In this document: positions 1 through 13,532 of the stretch, piece by piece
Position numbering within the stretch: the stretch's first letter is position 1
How the letters are laid out: the number at the start of each line of letters is the position of its first letter
Assembly (NCBI GenBank): GCA_045837725.1
Contig: JBEWZL010000124.1
Span: forward strand, 620,001 to 657,306
DNA: 37,306 nucleotides
Direction: 5' to 3'
DNA from: Vermamoeba vermiformis
Taxonomy: Eukaryota
Made by a program: the position numbers and the translations under genes
Notes under the pieces: model-generated
Database searches by the model: none
The model's input: only the letters and a program-made list of their open reading frames with translations
What the model was told of the DNA's origin: nothing

Positions 1-1657
1 CTTGCTATTTTGCTCATGGTTCATAGTATTGATACTGCCATTGGAATTGAACGAGTAATGACAAGATTGTACGATCCTAGACACACTTTTGTCATCCACG
101 TCGACGGGTATGAATCTGAGCGTTATTATATTTATTTAATTAATTCCTTTCGGTAATTATTAAAAATCAAGTATTAACATATTTTTGCAATTGTAGAAGC
201 GCTGATTTCAGGACTTTAACTCTGATGCGCACAATTGTCCGTCAGTTCGATCCACAAGGAACAAATACGTTCATTATCAGAACTCAACACAACCTTTGGG
301 GAGGTATTTCTTTGGTACGTAGCTTTATAATAATTACGGGTAATAGAAAAAAATTTAATTTATCCTAATTTTAGATCCAAACTTATCTTGACATGGTAAA
401 CAAAGCCTTGACCTCTGGTCGCGAGTGGGACTTTGCTATTAATTTTAGTGGCAATTGCTACCCGATCAAGACTTTGTATCAGATTGAGACTCGGTTGAAC
501 AATTTAAAGGGTCGCAATTTTATGGATATTGACGGTAAGTAACGGCCTTAATCGTGGCTATGTTTTTTTCTGCAAGGTACTTAGCTAAATGAATCTTGCA
601 ACAGGTTTGTCTGGCTACCAAGACCTAGGTAAGACTGACGACCGATGGGGCCGATTTTGGATCGAAGTCGAACGAATGCCTTCACTGCCCAACACTCATC
701 GTAGCAGCACTCTTCGTGTCGAGGACATTTGTCCCTCTTGCTACAAAGAGCAAGCTAACAGCTGGGGATGGGTCAGAACGGTGAGTGACACGCCTGACGT
801 TGACTGCACGGAGCAGTTCACTGAACAAATCCTCAATTAGGTTACTGGAGCTGATTTCAAGCGCATTTATCCCACTTCTCCGGGTTTGACGCGCGAAACT
901 GTGCGTCAAGGCTCTCAATGGGTGACACTGACTCGTGAGTTCTGCGAGTTCATGATGAGCGGTATGTGTCCATAGAAATAAGTGTATTTAAGCACTAGTA
1001 TTCTTTATCATGATGTTTTGTCGTGTGTCCTGACCTCTGAAATACCTTGAAGTCGACTTTTACACGTTCTGATCCACCTAAATTATGCACCCGTTGCTTT
1101 CATTCTAAATGCCGTTCTGTTGCTAATATTGTTCTTTAGACCCTCTCGCACGTGACTATTTGGTCGCTTTTGGTACCACCTTCGTTCCCGATGAGTCCTT
1201 CATTCCAACTTTGCTTTACACTACGGAATGGAACCGCACTTTGTTCGATGCCGCCACAGCTTCTGCAGCAGAAAAGAAACAAGCACTGATGCGTCACATT
1301 GTCTGGACCCCCGGTCAATGGCATCCTGACGTGCTCAAGTCCAAGGACTTGCCCAAGATCTTCGCTAGCAATGGTCTCTTTGCACGCAAATTCGATCCAT
1401 GGGCTTCGCGTGTCTACGAAGATATCGACTTTGTTATTGACTCTACGGTACCTGAGCACAGCAGGTACTCAACCTACAATAGTACTATTACTATTAAGAA
1501 GCCTGATATCGATGAAGAGAACAAGAACAATAACGGCGAAGACAACAACGGCACGGGAAATAATAACGGGCACGGAAATGAAGACGTTGATGTGACGTAC
1601 CGCAAAGAAAATACGCGGTCTAGAAGGAAAATTCATTTTGCTGGGCGATCCGAGTAA
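1..1657 (+). CDS. GT14 (Core-2/I-branching, xylosyltransferase-like) glycosyltransferase, multi-exon, 5' end outside window
   Basis: Spliced translation (first intron 108-196) gives LAILLMVH...YDPRHTFVIHVD, WGGISL, WDFAINFSGNCYPIK, GSQWVTLTREF, PDESFIPTL and LFARKFD, the ordered motifs of the GT14/Branch family. Stop at 1655-1657. Confidence 0.88.
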
Positions 1658-2108
1658 ACAGAGAGCTCCTTTTCTGGTTCGGATGTAGATTTGTAAAGTA
1701 GTCGCGCGAATAAATTTAGCTGGTAAACTAGCATCATATAAATACTAAGGCTATTCTTATTGTTGTTTTGAAACGTTGCAAACTCGGAAGAATTTTATTG
1801 GAGCCCGGCCGGTGATTTAAATGAAAAAAAACCCGAAAGAAATAAAAGATAAGATTAATTCAATTAAAGCAACACGTCAACACTTAATCGGACTTAACCT
1901 GCTTGGTATCAACGTAAATAGCAGGTAGTGAAGGTAGTCGAAAGAAAGAACTCTGATCGACGACGTTGCACCTACGAAATACGTTGAACAAGCAGATCGA
2001 TTGTTTGGAAGCATATTTATATTTATATTATATATTCACTTATAAAGTAAGTCATAGCGAATACCTGCAAAATAATTTACTAAATTATATAAATTAGGTT
2101 ATCTCCCA

Positions 2109-5100
2109 ATGGAAGCTCAACAAAAAGATCCGGAAGGACCTTATGTATATTATCGAGAAGGCTTGACATTATCACAGTCCGAATATTTAGATAATAATTA
2201 CAAACCATACACCGCCTCATCAAGCTCCGATAGCGGTGAAGATCCTCCGTTGGGCTTGTCGCACTCCAGCAATTTTTCTTCCGGCTATGGAGATGTAAAA
2301 AGAGAAAGCACCGACAACATAGAAGCAGATGACATTACAAGACCAGTTTCACCTGACAGTCGATCGTCGAATTCCAGCGTTGATTTGTATTTGCAATCAA
2401 TTGCCAGAAACGAACAAATCATAAAAAATGTAAGGTTGCGTGATAGTCTATTCAGTCCTGCTGGATCCCGTGCTTCCGAAATTCGGCAGTCAATGGATGA
2501 AGAAGGATTCAAACTGCGCAAAAAGTTCGAATCAACCGTAGCAATCACTCTCGACGAAAATGCTAGTGTAATTCAACAGCAACAAGAGTGCGTTACATTA
2601 GCGGTTCAAACAGGCACCTCATTGATCAATCAATTTGAAAAGTTCCTCGACAAAGGCGAAATTGATAACGAAAATCAGGAAAAAATTCAACGCCAAATTA
2701 GTAAATCGGTAATGATGCCACGACATAGTTTTGTAACAAGGTGTCCATACTAATGGCCTTGTTAAACAGAAAAGTATATTCGAACAAGTTCAAAAACTCA
2801 GCCACTCTCTCGGCGCTGATTTGGGAGAGCCACGTGATTGGAACGCCGAATACCAAAAGTGCGTTGAGATGCCGGCAGATACTCTCGAACAAAGGTTGAA
2901 ACGATGGACGGAGATTGCACGTGTTGCTCAAAACTTTGCACAAACAGGTGAGTTTACTGAATGAACTTCATCGAAGACTTTTTTTGACACTGATTTTTTT
3001 AGCTCAAATGTACGGCAAGATTATTATTTCGGAGGTATTTTTGCCTTTAAAATATCGCACGATCAAGCCGTTCATGGATATTGGTGGAAATGCTGGTGGT
3101 GAAAAGTATATTTACAACGGTATATTGTTCAAATTCGCTACTGATTGGAAGAAAATCTACGACGGAGATCAAATGGCCATGAAAGCAGCTAGCCACGAGC
3201 TTCTCAGTTTAGTCAGAATTCAAGAATGTCATGTCGATGGCATTTACACACCGTTGATGACTTTGGTAAGGAGGAATTTCATTGATATCAATATATTATA
3301 TTGACTAACGCTATATAGATCGACTTTTTGGGCTTCAGATTGACGGCAGTATCATTGTTGCCAATTTCGAACAAGACAATTGTTTACGGATCAAGCGATG
3401 GTGGAGTGTATGTTTGACTCAAAATACTTCTTATCGCAAATCTAACACCTGATTAATAGAACCGTTCACGCTGACGACGAGAAAGCTAACGTGTTGATGG
3501 ACGAGGTAATAACTTTTGATAGGCCACGTGTCCCGAGTACTAATGCTTCAATAGTTGGCTCGCAGACTTAACCTTGCCAAGCACATGGCTGGTGCTGTAG
3601 CTCATACGGCCAAACAACTTCCATTCCCTGTAGATATTGAAGGACACTTGGGCAAAGACGGACGATTTTATCTTATCGGTACGCGATGACTATTTTCACT
3701 GCGTTCATTCAAAGTCTCATATTTAAATACAGATATGGCACGTTTGATGCCGCCCACATTGCCCGAAGGAAAGCTTCGCGGTTGCTTTTTGTATCGATTA
3801 TTGCGACCTGAATTCGTTCGTCAGTACAAGAAGCCCTTGAGTTCTGGTAATTACAACGATTAGCACATAATACAATGTATTAACGGAAATGTTAGATGCT
3901 TGGAGTCCTAGATTTGACACGCACGAGCCCCAACGTGCTGAACACCGTGCCGATGTTCACATGGCCACGCAGTCACTGTTGAATGTTGCTATTCCGAAAT
4001 TAGCAAATACACTGCAAAAACATTTCCCCGAAGATGGTCAACCTGCCGAGTTAGTCGAATGGGTTCACAGCGGAGGAGTTAATTTGCGCTACTTGTCTCT
4101 GTTGCGCAAGTGCATTGTCTCGGCTTATCTTCGACAGATCATCATGCTGGAGATGGTCGCTCGTGGAATCAAGAATCATTTCCGTGAATTACTGCGGACA
4201 GCCAAACGATCAATTCGTGCAATGTCCATGCAACCCTACCGCGAGGTGATCTTTGAAGCCTCGAATATCGTGCTTGGTAACACTCACGAGTACAAAGAAA
4301 AGTCAGTGCGATTTTGGGAACAATTGCATCAAAAGCTCAAAGTGCAGTTCCCTGGCTTCCCTAACAACGAGGAACTGATCGAGGACTATAAAACACCGAC
4401 GTCACGAGCAGGTACGCATTCCTTAAAAGGCGTTTGTTGCGACCATAACTAACGTGATTACTAGGATTCGCATTGTGCAATCACATCTGCCCCACTTTGT
4501 TTGTTGGTGACAAGCAAGTCGCGCAATACTCGTACGAGTGTTACACGTGCGGTTTGACGGACATGCAAGGACTGTGCTTTGTCTGTGCGCGCAAGTGTCA
4601 CAAAGACAAAGGTCACCATATCTCACAAAAGCCGGGCTTCAGAGTTCATTTCTTCTGCGATTGCTCTCAAGAAATGAGCTGTTCGTTTAGCAGCATGCCG
4701 CGTCACGAGCACGACTCGATATTGGAAGTCCAACAGTTCATGCAGCTCCCGCTCAAGTACTTTATTTCAAAGATTGGCTTCGTGAAGCTGTTCAAGCGAT
4801 TAGAGGTACGCTAAATGACGTTCAAGTGGCATTCCTAATGTGTCTTCACAGACGCTTGCCGGCCTCAGCTATTCAGCGGGATCTTTGAAAGAATTGGAAG
4901 AAGATCAGAACTACTTTGTCTTCGTGCTTCCCGATATTGAAAAGTTACATTCACGCACACGTCACATGCCTGTCGTGACTGTCGCGGAAGCACAAGCGTT
5001 GCACTTAAAGGCCAAGCAGATCGATCAACACCAAGAGAAGATGCGACTGTTCAAGCGGTGTATTGAGCTGCTCGAAACATCGATCAAAATCAATCCGGGC

Positions 5101-6232
5101 AGGTGAGTACATTCCTTCTCAGCTGTATCAAGCGACGTCTAATTGTTCCTTTAGCGAGGAAATTCTCAATTTGTACGCGAAGATATGCGCGGACATTGCG
5201 TTCAGCGTTGACATTGAGACGAATGACACGATGTTGCAGAAGTCAATCAAAGCCTTCAAACGGTTGAGGAACACTGACAAGATCAAAGAGCTCGTCAAAG
5301 AGCTGAAGAGCAGCAACAAGAAAGTGAAGGAGTCAATTCTGAGGAGTTGTTTCGACTTCATTTTGTCCAAGCCCAGCATCAAGAATCTCAATTTTGTGGC
5401 CGACTTCGGCGATTGCTTAGAGCACTTGAAGCTGGACACGTTCTGTTTCTTGGACGACGACATCTTCCACCGCTTGTCATTGAAGTGCAAACGAATCGCT
5501 TCATTGGTCTTACCTTACTGCGGCACTGTTACAGGTATTGAATTGATTGTACATGTTCGAGCACGCGAGGCTAACGAACTTCCGTTTTCAGACAATGGAT
5601 TGGCCTACATTGTCGACGCGTGTTCTTCGACTCTAAGAGATATCGTGCTCGATGGCATCAACACTATAACAGGTATATAGTCCCTCTACCTTGCATCTAG
5701 AGCGTGACTAATGTTGAGTGCAGATGACGCGATCATTAACATCACGCGCAAATGTTCCAACTTGCGCAGTCTCAGCGTGATGGCGTGTGACAGCTTGACC
5801 AACAACGCGTTCAGATACATTAGACAGCTGCGCGTGTTGACCAGTTTGGCAGTCAGTTGGACTGAGGTCAACGCTGCCGAGTGGTTGTCAAATCCAAATC
5901 TGCGACTGCTGTTCGTGCGTAGCTGCAAGATCGACAACCAGGGCGTGATCCACATCGTCAACAATTGCCCCTTATTGAAGTCATTTGACATTGGAAACTG
6001 TCCCAACATTGGAGACGTGGCTTCGCTCTTGCAATATTTTGTGCGCAATTGCAAGGGTCTGAAGTTGCTGAATATGGACGGACTCACTATCAATGTCGAC
6101 GATCGCGTGTTCTTCATGCTGAAATGGTTGCAAGGAAAGAAACCAACACTGATTATCAGCGGCAATCATACAACGGATCGAGATATTACGCGGTTGACTG
6201 AATGTGGCTTCACTTTCCAAGAGCATACGTAA
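2109..6232 (+). CDS. Clu-domain protein with inserted UBR-box zinc finger and C-terminal leucine-rich repeats, multi-exon
   Basis: Joined exons give RDWNAEYQ, GGEKYIYNGILFKFA, PLMTLIDFLGFRLTAVSLLPI, VYGSSDGG, DIEGHLGKDGRFYLID, RLLRPEFV and HSGGVNLRYL (Clu/CLU-central motifs). 4473-4680 encodes C..QYSYECYTCG...LCFVCARKCHK..GH...FFCDC (UBR-box type). 5400-6150 encodes FBXL/AMN1-like LRRs (CSNLRSLSVMAC, NCPLLKSFDIGNCPNI). Confidence 0.8.
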
Positions 6233-6446
6233 TGTCGTACTTGTAAGTGATTCTCTTTTCGATTTTGCGTGTTGTATTTTAATTTCGAATTAAATTGTAA
6301 AAATTTGCGAAAATTTGATCAAATCGCCAGCAAATTCATGGTAAATTTAGATCGCAGTGCGCTACTGTCATTTTGCTAAGCGACATTAGTTGCTCTTAAC
6401 CATTATTGTTCACTAAGCCCACAAGTGCGTAAAAAATCTTAATTTT

Positions 6447-9400
6447 ATGGAAACATCGAGTGTGCATCAGCAACCAAAGATCGACCCTTCGGTCACCAAA
6501 CCTCCCGTTCAGGTTGTAATTGACGATTCTCCTGCGTCTCTGAATGGATTCAAATTGAATCTCGCTCAGTTAGACATCATTATGGCAGGTAGAGACGCCA
6601 ATAGAATCAACGAGGTTGGTGGCGTGGAGGCAATCGCAGCTGCACTGCACACGGATTTGAAAACTGGTCTCGGCGAAGATGAAGCTAAAGTAGGCTTCAA
6701 TAAGCGAATTGAAACGTAAGCGCACTAAATTTCTCGTTTTAAGGCTCAGATCGGCTAATTGATCTTGAACAAAACAGATTTGGCGTAAATCGCTACAAGG
6801 AACCTCCTCCAAAGAATTTTTTTCGACTACTATGGGAAGCACTTACTGAATTAGTACTTCTCATTCTGCTCGGTGCAGCAATTATTTCAATTGTTCTTGG
6901 AGTATTGCCTTTCAGTCAAACAGACACAAGTGCACCACCATGGCTCGAGGGTGTTGCTATTTTGGTCGTCATTATTGTTCAAATATTTGTTTCGGTAAGA
7001 AATTTTACAATGCGGCGATTTAGACTAAGTTTTCTCAGGCCATCAATGATTTCTCTCGAGATCGGAAATTTAGAGAGCTAAATAAGGCCCGTACGGACGT
7101 CAAAGTACGAGTCATTCGCGCTGGCACAGAAGTTGAAATCAACATCGTCGACCTTTTAGTTGGAGATGTTGTTGTTTTGGATCAAGGTGATAACATTCCG
7201 TCTGATGGTCTATTTATAGAAGGATTTAATTTAAGAATCGACGAGTCAAACATGACAGGAGAATCAGATACAATCAGGAAAAATAGAGAGTCAGATCCAT
7301 TTTTAAGTAAGCAAATCAAATAAATTCGAGAATTATTTTGATACGAAACTAACTTTCCTTAGTCTCTGGTAGTACGGTAGCAGAAGGCACTGGTAAAATG
7401 CTATCCGTTCAAGTCGGCAGTCATTCTGAATGGGGTCGAACAATGGAACAACTGCAACAAGAGCCCGAAGAGACTCCGTTGCAAAAGAAATTGAAAAAGA
7501 TGGTGTTTTTAATCGGTTGGATTGGTACGTACAATATTCTTCAATAATAAATAAGTTAGAATACTTACTAAACTACGTTTCTGTCGATAGGTCTCATCGC
7601 TGCCGCCGTTAACTTCATCGCACTGCTGATCTACTGGGGTGTGCAAGAGGTCGCTGGCCAGCCGTGGGAGTGGAGCAAACTCCAAACCGTTGTAGGCATT
7701 TTTATCGAAGCCGTCACTATCTTCGTAGTGGCTGTCCCTGAAGGTCTGCCTCTTGCCGTTACAATCAGTCTTGCGTAAGTCCAGAATGAACACGTGACGC
7801 ACGGAATAGGCTTTTAACGTTGCACTTGATAGGTATTCGATGCGCCGTATGTTAAAAGACAAGAATTTGGTGCGTCATTTGGCTGCTTGCGAAACAATGG
7901 GCGGTGTGACCAACATTTGCTCTGATAAGACCGGAACTTTAACTGAAAATCGTATGACAGTAGTCGAAGTAAGTTATTGAACTCACGAAAATGAGATTTT
8001 TAAGGAGTTAATCATGACCAAATAATTAGGGCATCGTCGGCAACTCTCACTTCGATCAAGTCCCGCCCAATGAAATGCCGAACAAATCAATCTACGACTT
8101 ACTTTGCGAAGGTAATAATTGCCTTTATAATCATTGTTGTGTACTAACAAACGAGTTCCACAAAGGTATCGCTGTCAACTCAAAGGCTCACATCAACGCG
8201 AAAGAAGATCACTCTTTTGAGTTCATCGGCAACAAGACTGAATGTGCTTTGTTAGTGTTCAGCTCCAATTTAGGATACGACTACAAAACCACAAGAGAAA
8301 GCAACAAAACTTTGCAAATGTAAGTTTTCTCGAGCAATACGAAATTCGATGTAAACTAACTGATCGAAAAGGAATAACTTTTCTTCCGAACGAAAGAGAA
8401 TGTCGACTTTGATAGCTTCTTCAAATAGACAACGATTGCACGTCAAAGGAGCTTCTGAAATTATTCTGAAACGTTGCGACACTTACCTTGACGGTGACGG
8501 CAACCGTGTTGAAATGACAACAGAGGTCATGGACTATTTCAATGAGATGATTGACAACATGGCCGACAAAGGTACTAATATTCTCAGTTAAAATAATGAA
8601 GGCTAATCCAACGTTTCAGCTCTTCGTACACTGGCCTTGGCTTATCGCGAGTTCAAGGACGGCGAATACAATGCCGAAGCAGTGGACGCACAAGAACAAC
8701 ATCTCACTCTCATTGGTATTGTGGGCATTGAAGACCCATTGAGAAATAACGTCATTCAATCCGTCGCTGATTGTCACAAAGCCGGCATCTTCGTGCGCAT
8801 GGTCACTGGTGACAGTAAGTCGAACTGTTCAAACATTAATAGTTCTTACTCACACTGTCAACCAGACATTAAAACAGCCCGTAAAATCGCCGCTCAGTGC
8901 GGCATTCTGACACCTGACGGCGTTGCCATTGAGGGACCCGAATTTGCCAAGTTGACGGACGAACAAGTTGACGACATTCTTCCGCGATTGCAAGTGATGG
9001 CTCGATCTGCTCCTCAAGACAAGTTCAAGCTCGTTCACAGGTACGATAGTATTGTGCGTACTGAGATTAGTTCTAACGTCACAATAGATTGCGCATGAAC
9101 GGTGAAGTCGTCTCTGTCACTGGCGATGGCACGAACGATGCTCTCGCACTTAAAGAGGCTGATGTCGGTTTGGCCATGGGTATTGCTGGCACAGCTGTTG
9201 CTAAACAAGCTTCAGATATTATTATTCTCGACGACAACTTTGTGTCTATTGTCAAGGCTGTCATTTGGGGTCGTTCGGTTTACGACAACATCAGAAAATT
9301 CTTGCAATTCCAACTGACCGTCAACTTGGTACGTCTGATGCTCAACAGTATGATGAGTCCCAATCTAACGGTAGCTGCTATTATAGACTGCCCTTGTCGT

Positions 9401-10202
9401 TGCCACAATCGGTGCTGTGTCAAACTCGGGTACGCCTTTAACAGCCATCCAACTGCTGTGGGTGAACTTCATTATGGACACTATGGCCTCACTCGCGTTG
9501 TGCACTGAATCACCGACCCCTCGCTTGTTAGATCGTCGTCCTTATGGCAAACAAGGCAGTTTGTTGTCTCCTATTATGATCCGAAACATTCTGTCGCAGT
9601 CAATCTATCAGGTACGCCACTTCTTTTAAAACAAAGGACCTTACTAAAAGAGTTTAGATTGCTATTTTGGTCGCCGCTCTGTTTGCAGCCGCAGATATCT
9701 TCAATATTCCTTCTGGCCGCGATGTCCCAGCCCCGACCCAACACTACACCTTCATCTTCAACACCTTCGTGTTCATGCAGATTTTCAACGCGTTCAACTC
9801 TCGCCGTGTGAACGATGGTACGTTAGAACAAATGATTAAATTAATTAAAGCCACTAACATTCTCGTTCAGAGAAAAATATCTTTTCGAATTTGCACCGCG
9901 ATTGGTTGTTCTTAGTGCTGCTCGCCATTATCATCGCCATTCAAGTGATCATCACAGTGTTCGGCGGCGTTGTCTTTACAACTGTCAACATGACGTGGCC
10001 GATGTGGATATCTTCAATAGTCTTAGCGTTGTTGTCCATTCCGTTGGGCTACTTGTTCCGTTTGATTCCCGTGCCCAAGGAGAAGTTCGAGCGCGAAGCG
10101 ATTGCCGATGAAAAGCTGCGTCAAGAAGCTAGAAATAAGCAATTCAAGGAACACGAAAAGCTTCATTCTAACCCCAATCAACAGCAAATGGAAGCTGCTT
10201 AA
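6447..10202 (+). CDS. P-type IIB (PMCA/Pmc1/PAT1-like) Ca2+-transporting ATPase, multi-exon
   Basis: [21 protein letters not shown], phosphorylation motif [10 protein letters not shown] (7915-7944), [46 protein letters not shown] and [16 protein letters not shown]. The C-tail is short, with no obvious calmodulin-binding domain. Confidence 0.95.
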
Positions 10203-10449
10203 TTTATTGTGAATAGGCGTATTAAATTATTAAAGAATCAGCGTTGCCCTTTGTGTCAGAGAATGTACATAATAGCAGGTTTGCTATGGCTGACCGCACA
10301 TGCAATATACGCTTTCGGGATGTTGACATGTCATCTGTCATTATTGACGAGTGACGCACAATACTGCAGGCAAATCTTTGTCGTGATTGCCTTTTTACCC
10401 GACCTTTTTATCCTTTTTATTTTTATAATTCAACGACACCCACAATAAC

Positions 10450-13281
10450 ATGCGCACGTCCTTATTAGCTACGATTTGTGTAATCAGCTGCGTGCTCTTG
10501 TGTCAACAATTCTCGGCGGTTAATGCACAGACAGCGGCAGATCTGCCCTTCTTGCGCGAACAATCTATTCGTGCTATATTATCCAGCGTTGGTTCCGCCT
10601 ATCAGATCAAGTTAATTCAAAATACACTCCAATCTGACGGATCTTTCAGTGATATCAATTACGTTTGTAAGTATATTAATTTTTTTAGCATTCAATCGTA
10701 ACATAATGGTTTACAATTATATTTATTAATTTAATCCAATAATTATCGGATTTGATTCGATTTTTTAGTCCAAAGCCTAAAATGGAAACCAAGATTCCCA
10801 TTTCTTATCATTACTAGCTAATTCCGAATGCGCACAACATAAATCAGCCTTCCTTCTTACAATCCTAGAATGCGGATGATTGATTACGTTTCAACAGCAC
10901 AGGATCGAGTCGCTTGGCCTGCTGCGGATCACTGGCAGCGCTTGATGTACATGGCTGAGGCTTATAGTCTTAACACATCTACGTGGTACCAGAGCAGTGG
11001 CATGAAAGCGAACTTCTCAAAGGCTTTAGACTATTGGTTCTCTGGCTCATTCGTTAACACGAATCCAAACTGGTGGTTCAATCAGATTGGTACGAAGAAG
11101 TCTCCTAATAAAGACTATTACTCATATAAATCCCCACAGGTATTCCAACTACTGCAGGACCTGCGTGTTTGCTGATGCGCAACGACATCACTCAAACTCA
11201 GCGTCAGAACTGCTTGGTCATTGGTGCGCGAGCCAATTGGACGGATTGGACGGGTCAGAATGTCATGTGGCAAGCTGAGGCTCGATTGTTCTTCGCGCTC
11301 ATGACTGATGACTTCGATCTGGTGATGGCATGCGTCGAGGCCATTAAGAGCGTGCTTGTCATCACTCCTGGTCTCGAAGAAGGCATCAAAGTGGTACGTA
11401 TATAGATAATGCCAGCCACATGCTTGGCTAATAATACGCACTCAAAGGACGGTGCTTTCTTGCAACACGGACCTCAGATCTACAACGGAGGTTACGGCAC
11501 TGCTTTGACGAGTGACATTTTGAACAACGTCATTCCTACGCTGAGTGGCACTGCTTTTGATCTTTCGGGCTCGAGCATCGAAGCGTTTGCAAAGGTGTTT
11601 CTCGACGGCCACCAATGGATGATCAACACTTTCGGCTCTAAAAACACGTGGCACACCATCCCTCTCGGAAGGTACGAACTTGTAGCCTATGCACTCAACT
11701 ATTAACACTTCTATTTAGACAAATCTCGCGCTACAACGGAGTGACTGCCAGCATGCCTCCAATAAACTACGTGCGATTGGTCACGGGTTCACGTTCGTCG
11801 GAGTGGGTAGCATTCGCCGATAGATTCCAACGTGTCAACAACACTGCACCTTTAGTTGGTAACAAAGCCTATTGGACTGCTGACTACGCCATTCACAATC
11901 GCGAGAGTTACTCGATTGGTGTCAGAATGTACTCAAAGCGCACTTACAATGCCGAGTGTGTCAACGAAGAAGGCAAGAAATCTATGAAACTTTCTGACGG
12001 TTCAATGTTCATCTACACGGGAGGCCTCGAGTACACTAATATCTACGGTGCATTTGATTGGGAGAAAATCCCCGGCATTACTTCCGAAGTCAATTCGATT
12101 CCGTTCATTTGTAACAGCACTTCAAACAACATTCAGGTTCGAAACAGCAAAATTACTTTTGCCGGAACTGTCAGCAACGGCAATTACGGTCTCAGCGGCT
12201 ATTCGTATTTGCCTCCTCCAAGCTTGTCGAGCACCCTTAAATTCAAGGTACAGCCCTGATTCATAATGTTATTGTATTAACTCCCGTTAGAAATCGTGGT
12301 TCTACTTTGACAACGAGATCGTTGTGCTTGCAAGTGGAATTTCAACGAACAGCTCCTATCAGGTCCTCACAACACTCGATCAGCGTCGCGTCAACGGTCC
12401 AATATACACGTCAAGCTCGTCAACTCCGCTAGTCAAAGGCTTGCACGATTTCACCAGCGATTGGTGGATCCATCATGACAGCGTTGGCTACGTGTTGCCT
12501 GAGATCAAGAACGGCAGAAAGGACTTGACATTGCACGTGGAGAATGTCAACAAGACTGGCAGCTGGTCAGCCATCAATAGTAGGTGTATTCATTCTTCAT
12601 GGCTAGCTCGTACTAACGATTCATAGTTGACGGTACTGCCAACGACAATGTTGAGCTCTTTACTACCTGGATTGAAGGCCAATCTCCGAATGCACAAGAC
12701 GATTACCATCAACTGATCGTGTTGCCTGGTGTGTCGTACTCTGATTTCCCAGCGAGACGCGATAGTGCCGTGAACGACATTCAAATCCTGTCCAATACAC
12801 CTCAGCTCCAAGCAGTCTATCACAAGTCACTCAACATTCTGTCCGGCTCTTTCTTCTTCGCTGGCAACGTCAGTGCTAATGACTGGACCGTGACAGTCGA
12901 TGCCCCGTGTTTGGTGATGCTTTCTGCGAGCTCTAACGGCTTGTCTCTTTCCGTTGCGGATCCTACTCAGAACTTGACCTCAGTCACGATCTACATCGAC
13001 TCCAATCAAGCCTTGCAATGCAATGGTTGCACTACAAATGGCTCAACAACTTCGTTGACTGTAACTCTTCCTTCCGGCGATTATGCTGGCAGCAGTGCTC
13101 TCGTTAGCTTGCAATCAGTTGGGTAAGTTCGAGCCATATTAATACTAGTTTTCTCATTTATTACAGCAACAATGGTGGCCAACCAACTACCGGATCTGTT
13201 CCTGGACAAGTGTCATCTTCTGCGGAAAGTTGCACATTATTGGTCAGCCTTGTAGCATTAATCATTAGTTTGTATATTTAA
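10450..13281 (+). CDS. Polysaccharide lyase family 8 (chondroitin AC/hyaluronate/xanthan lyase-like), signal peptide plus GPI-type C-terminus, ~7 introns
   Basis: N-terminal signal peptide; NWWFNQIGIP, WTGQN, DGAFLQHGPQIYNGGYG (catalytic His/Tyr region), GRQISR, ECVNEEGKK, FDWEKIPGIT, KSWFYFDNEIVVLASGI and TTLDQ. The last exon (13167-13281) encodes NNGGQPTTGSVPGQVSSSAESCTLLVSLVALIISLYI*. Confidence 0.9.
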
Positions 13282-13532
13282 TTTTAGAGCTCTAACAATT
13301 AAACGAGCATAGCTCATAGATTCTCTTCACACAATTAGGCCTAAACAGACATAACGTTATACACGACCTTTCGTCTTAAGGTATGTACCATTAATAAAGT
13401 TATCAATAAATCAAGTGGCACACAGGTTCAAAGATGGGTCCGGACTTTTGGACACGATTCGCGTCCGGTCCTCTGAAAAACCCCATTTAAATTTTTAATT
13501 TAATTTATTTCAAGGCATTACTAACACTACTA

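Noticed and set aside
10209-10448. 79-aa ORF between the ATPase and PL8 genes, and the many antisense or overlapping ORFs in the track
   Set aside because: Intergenic or shadow frames of real exons, without recognisable motifs.
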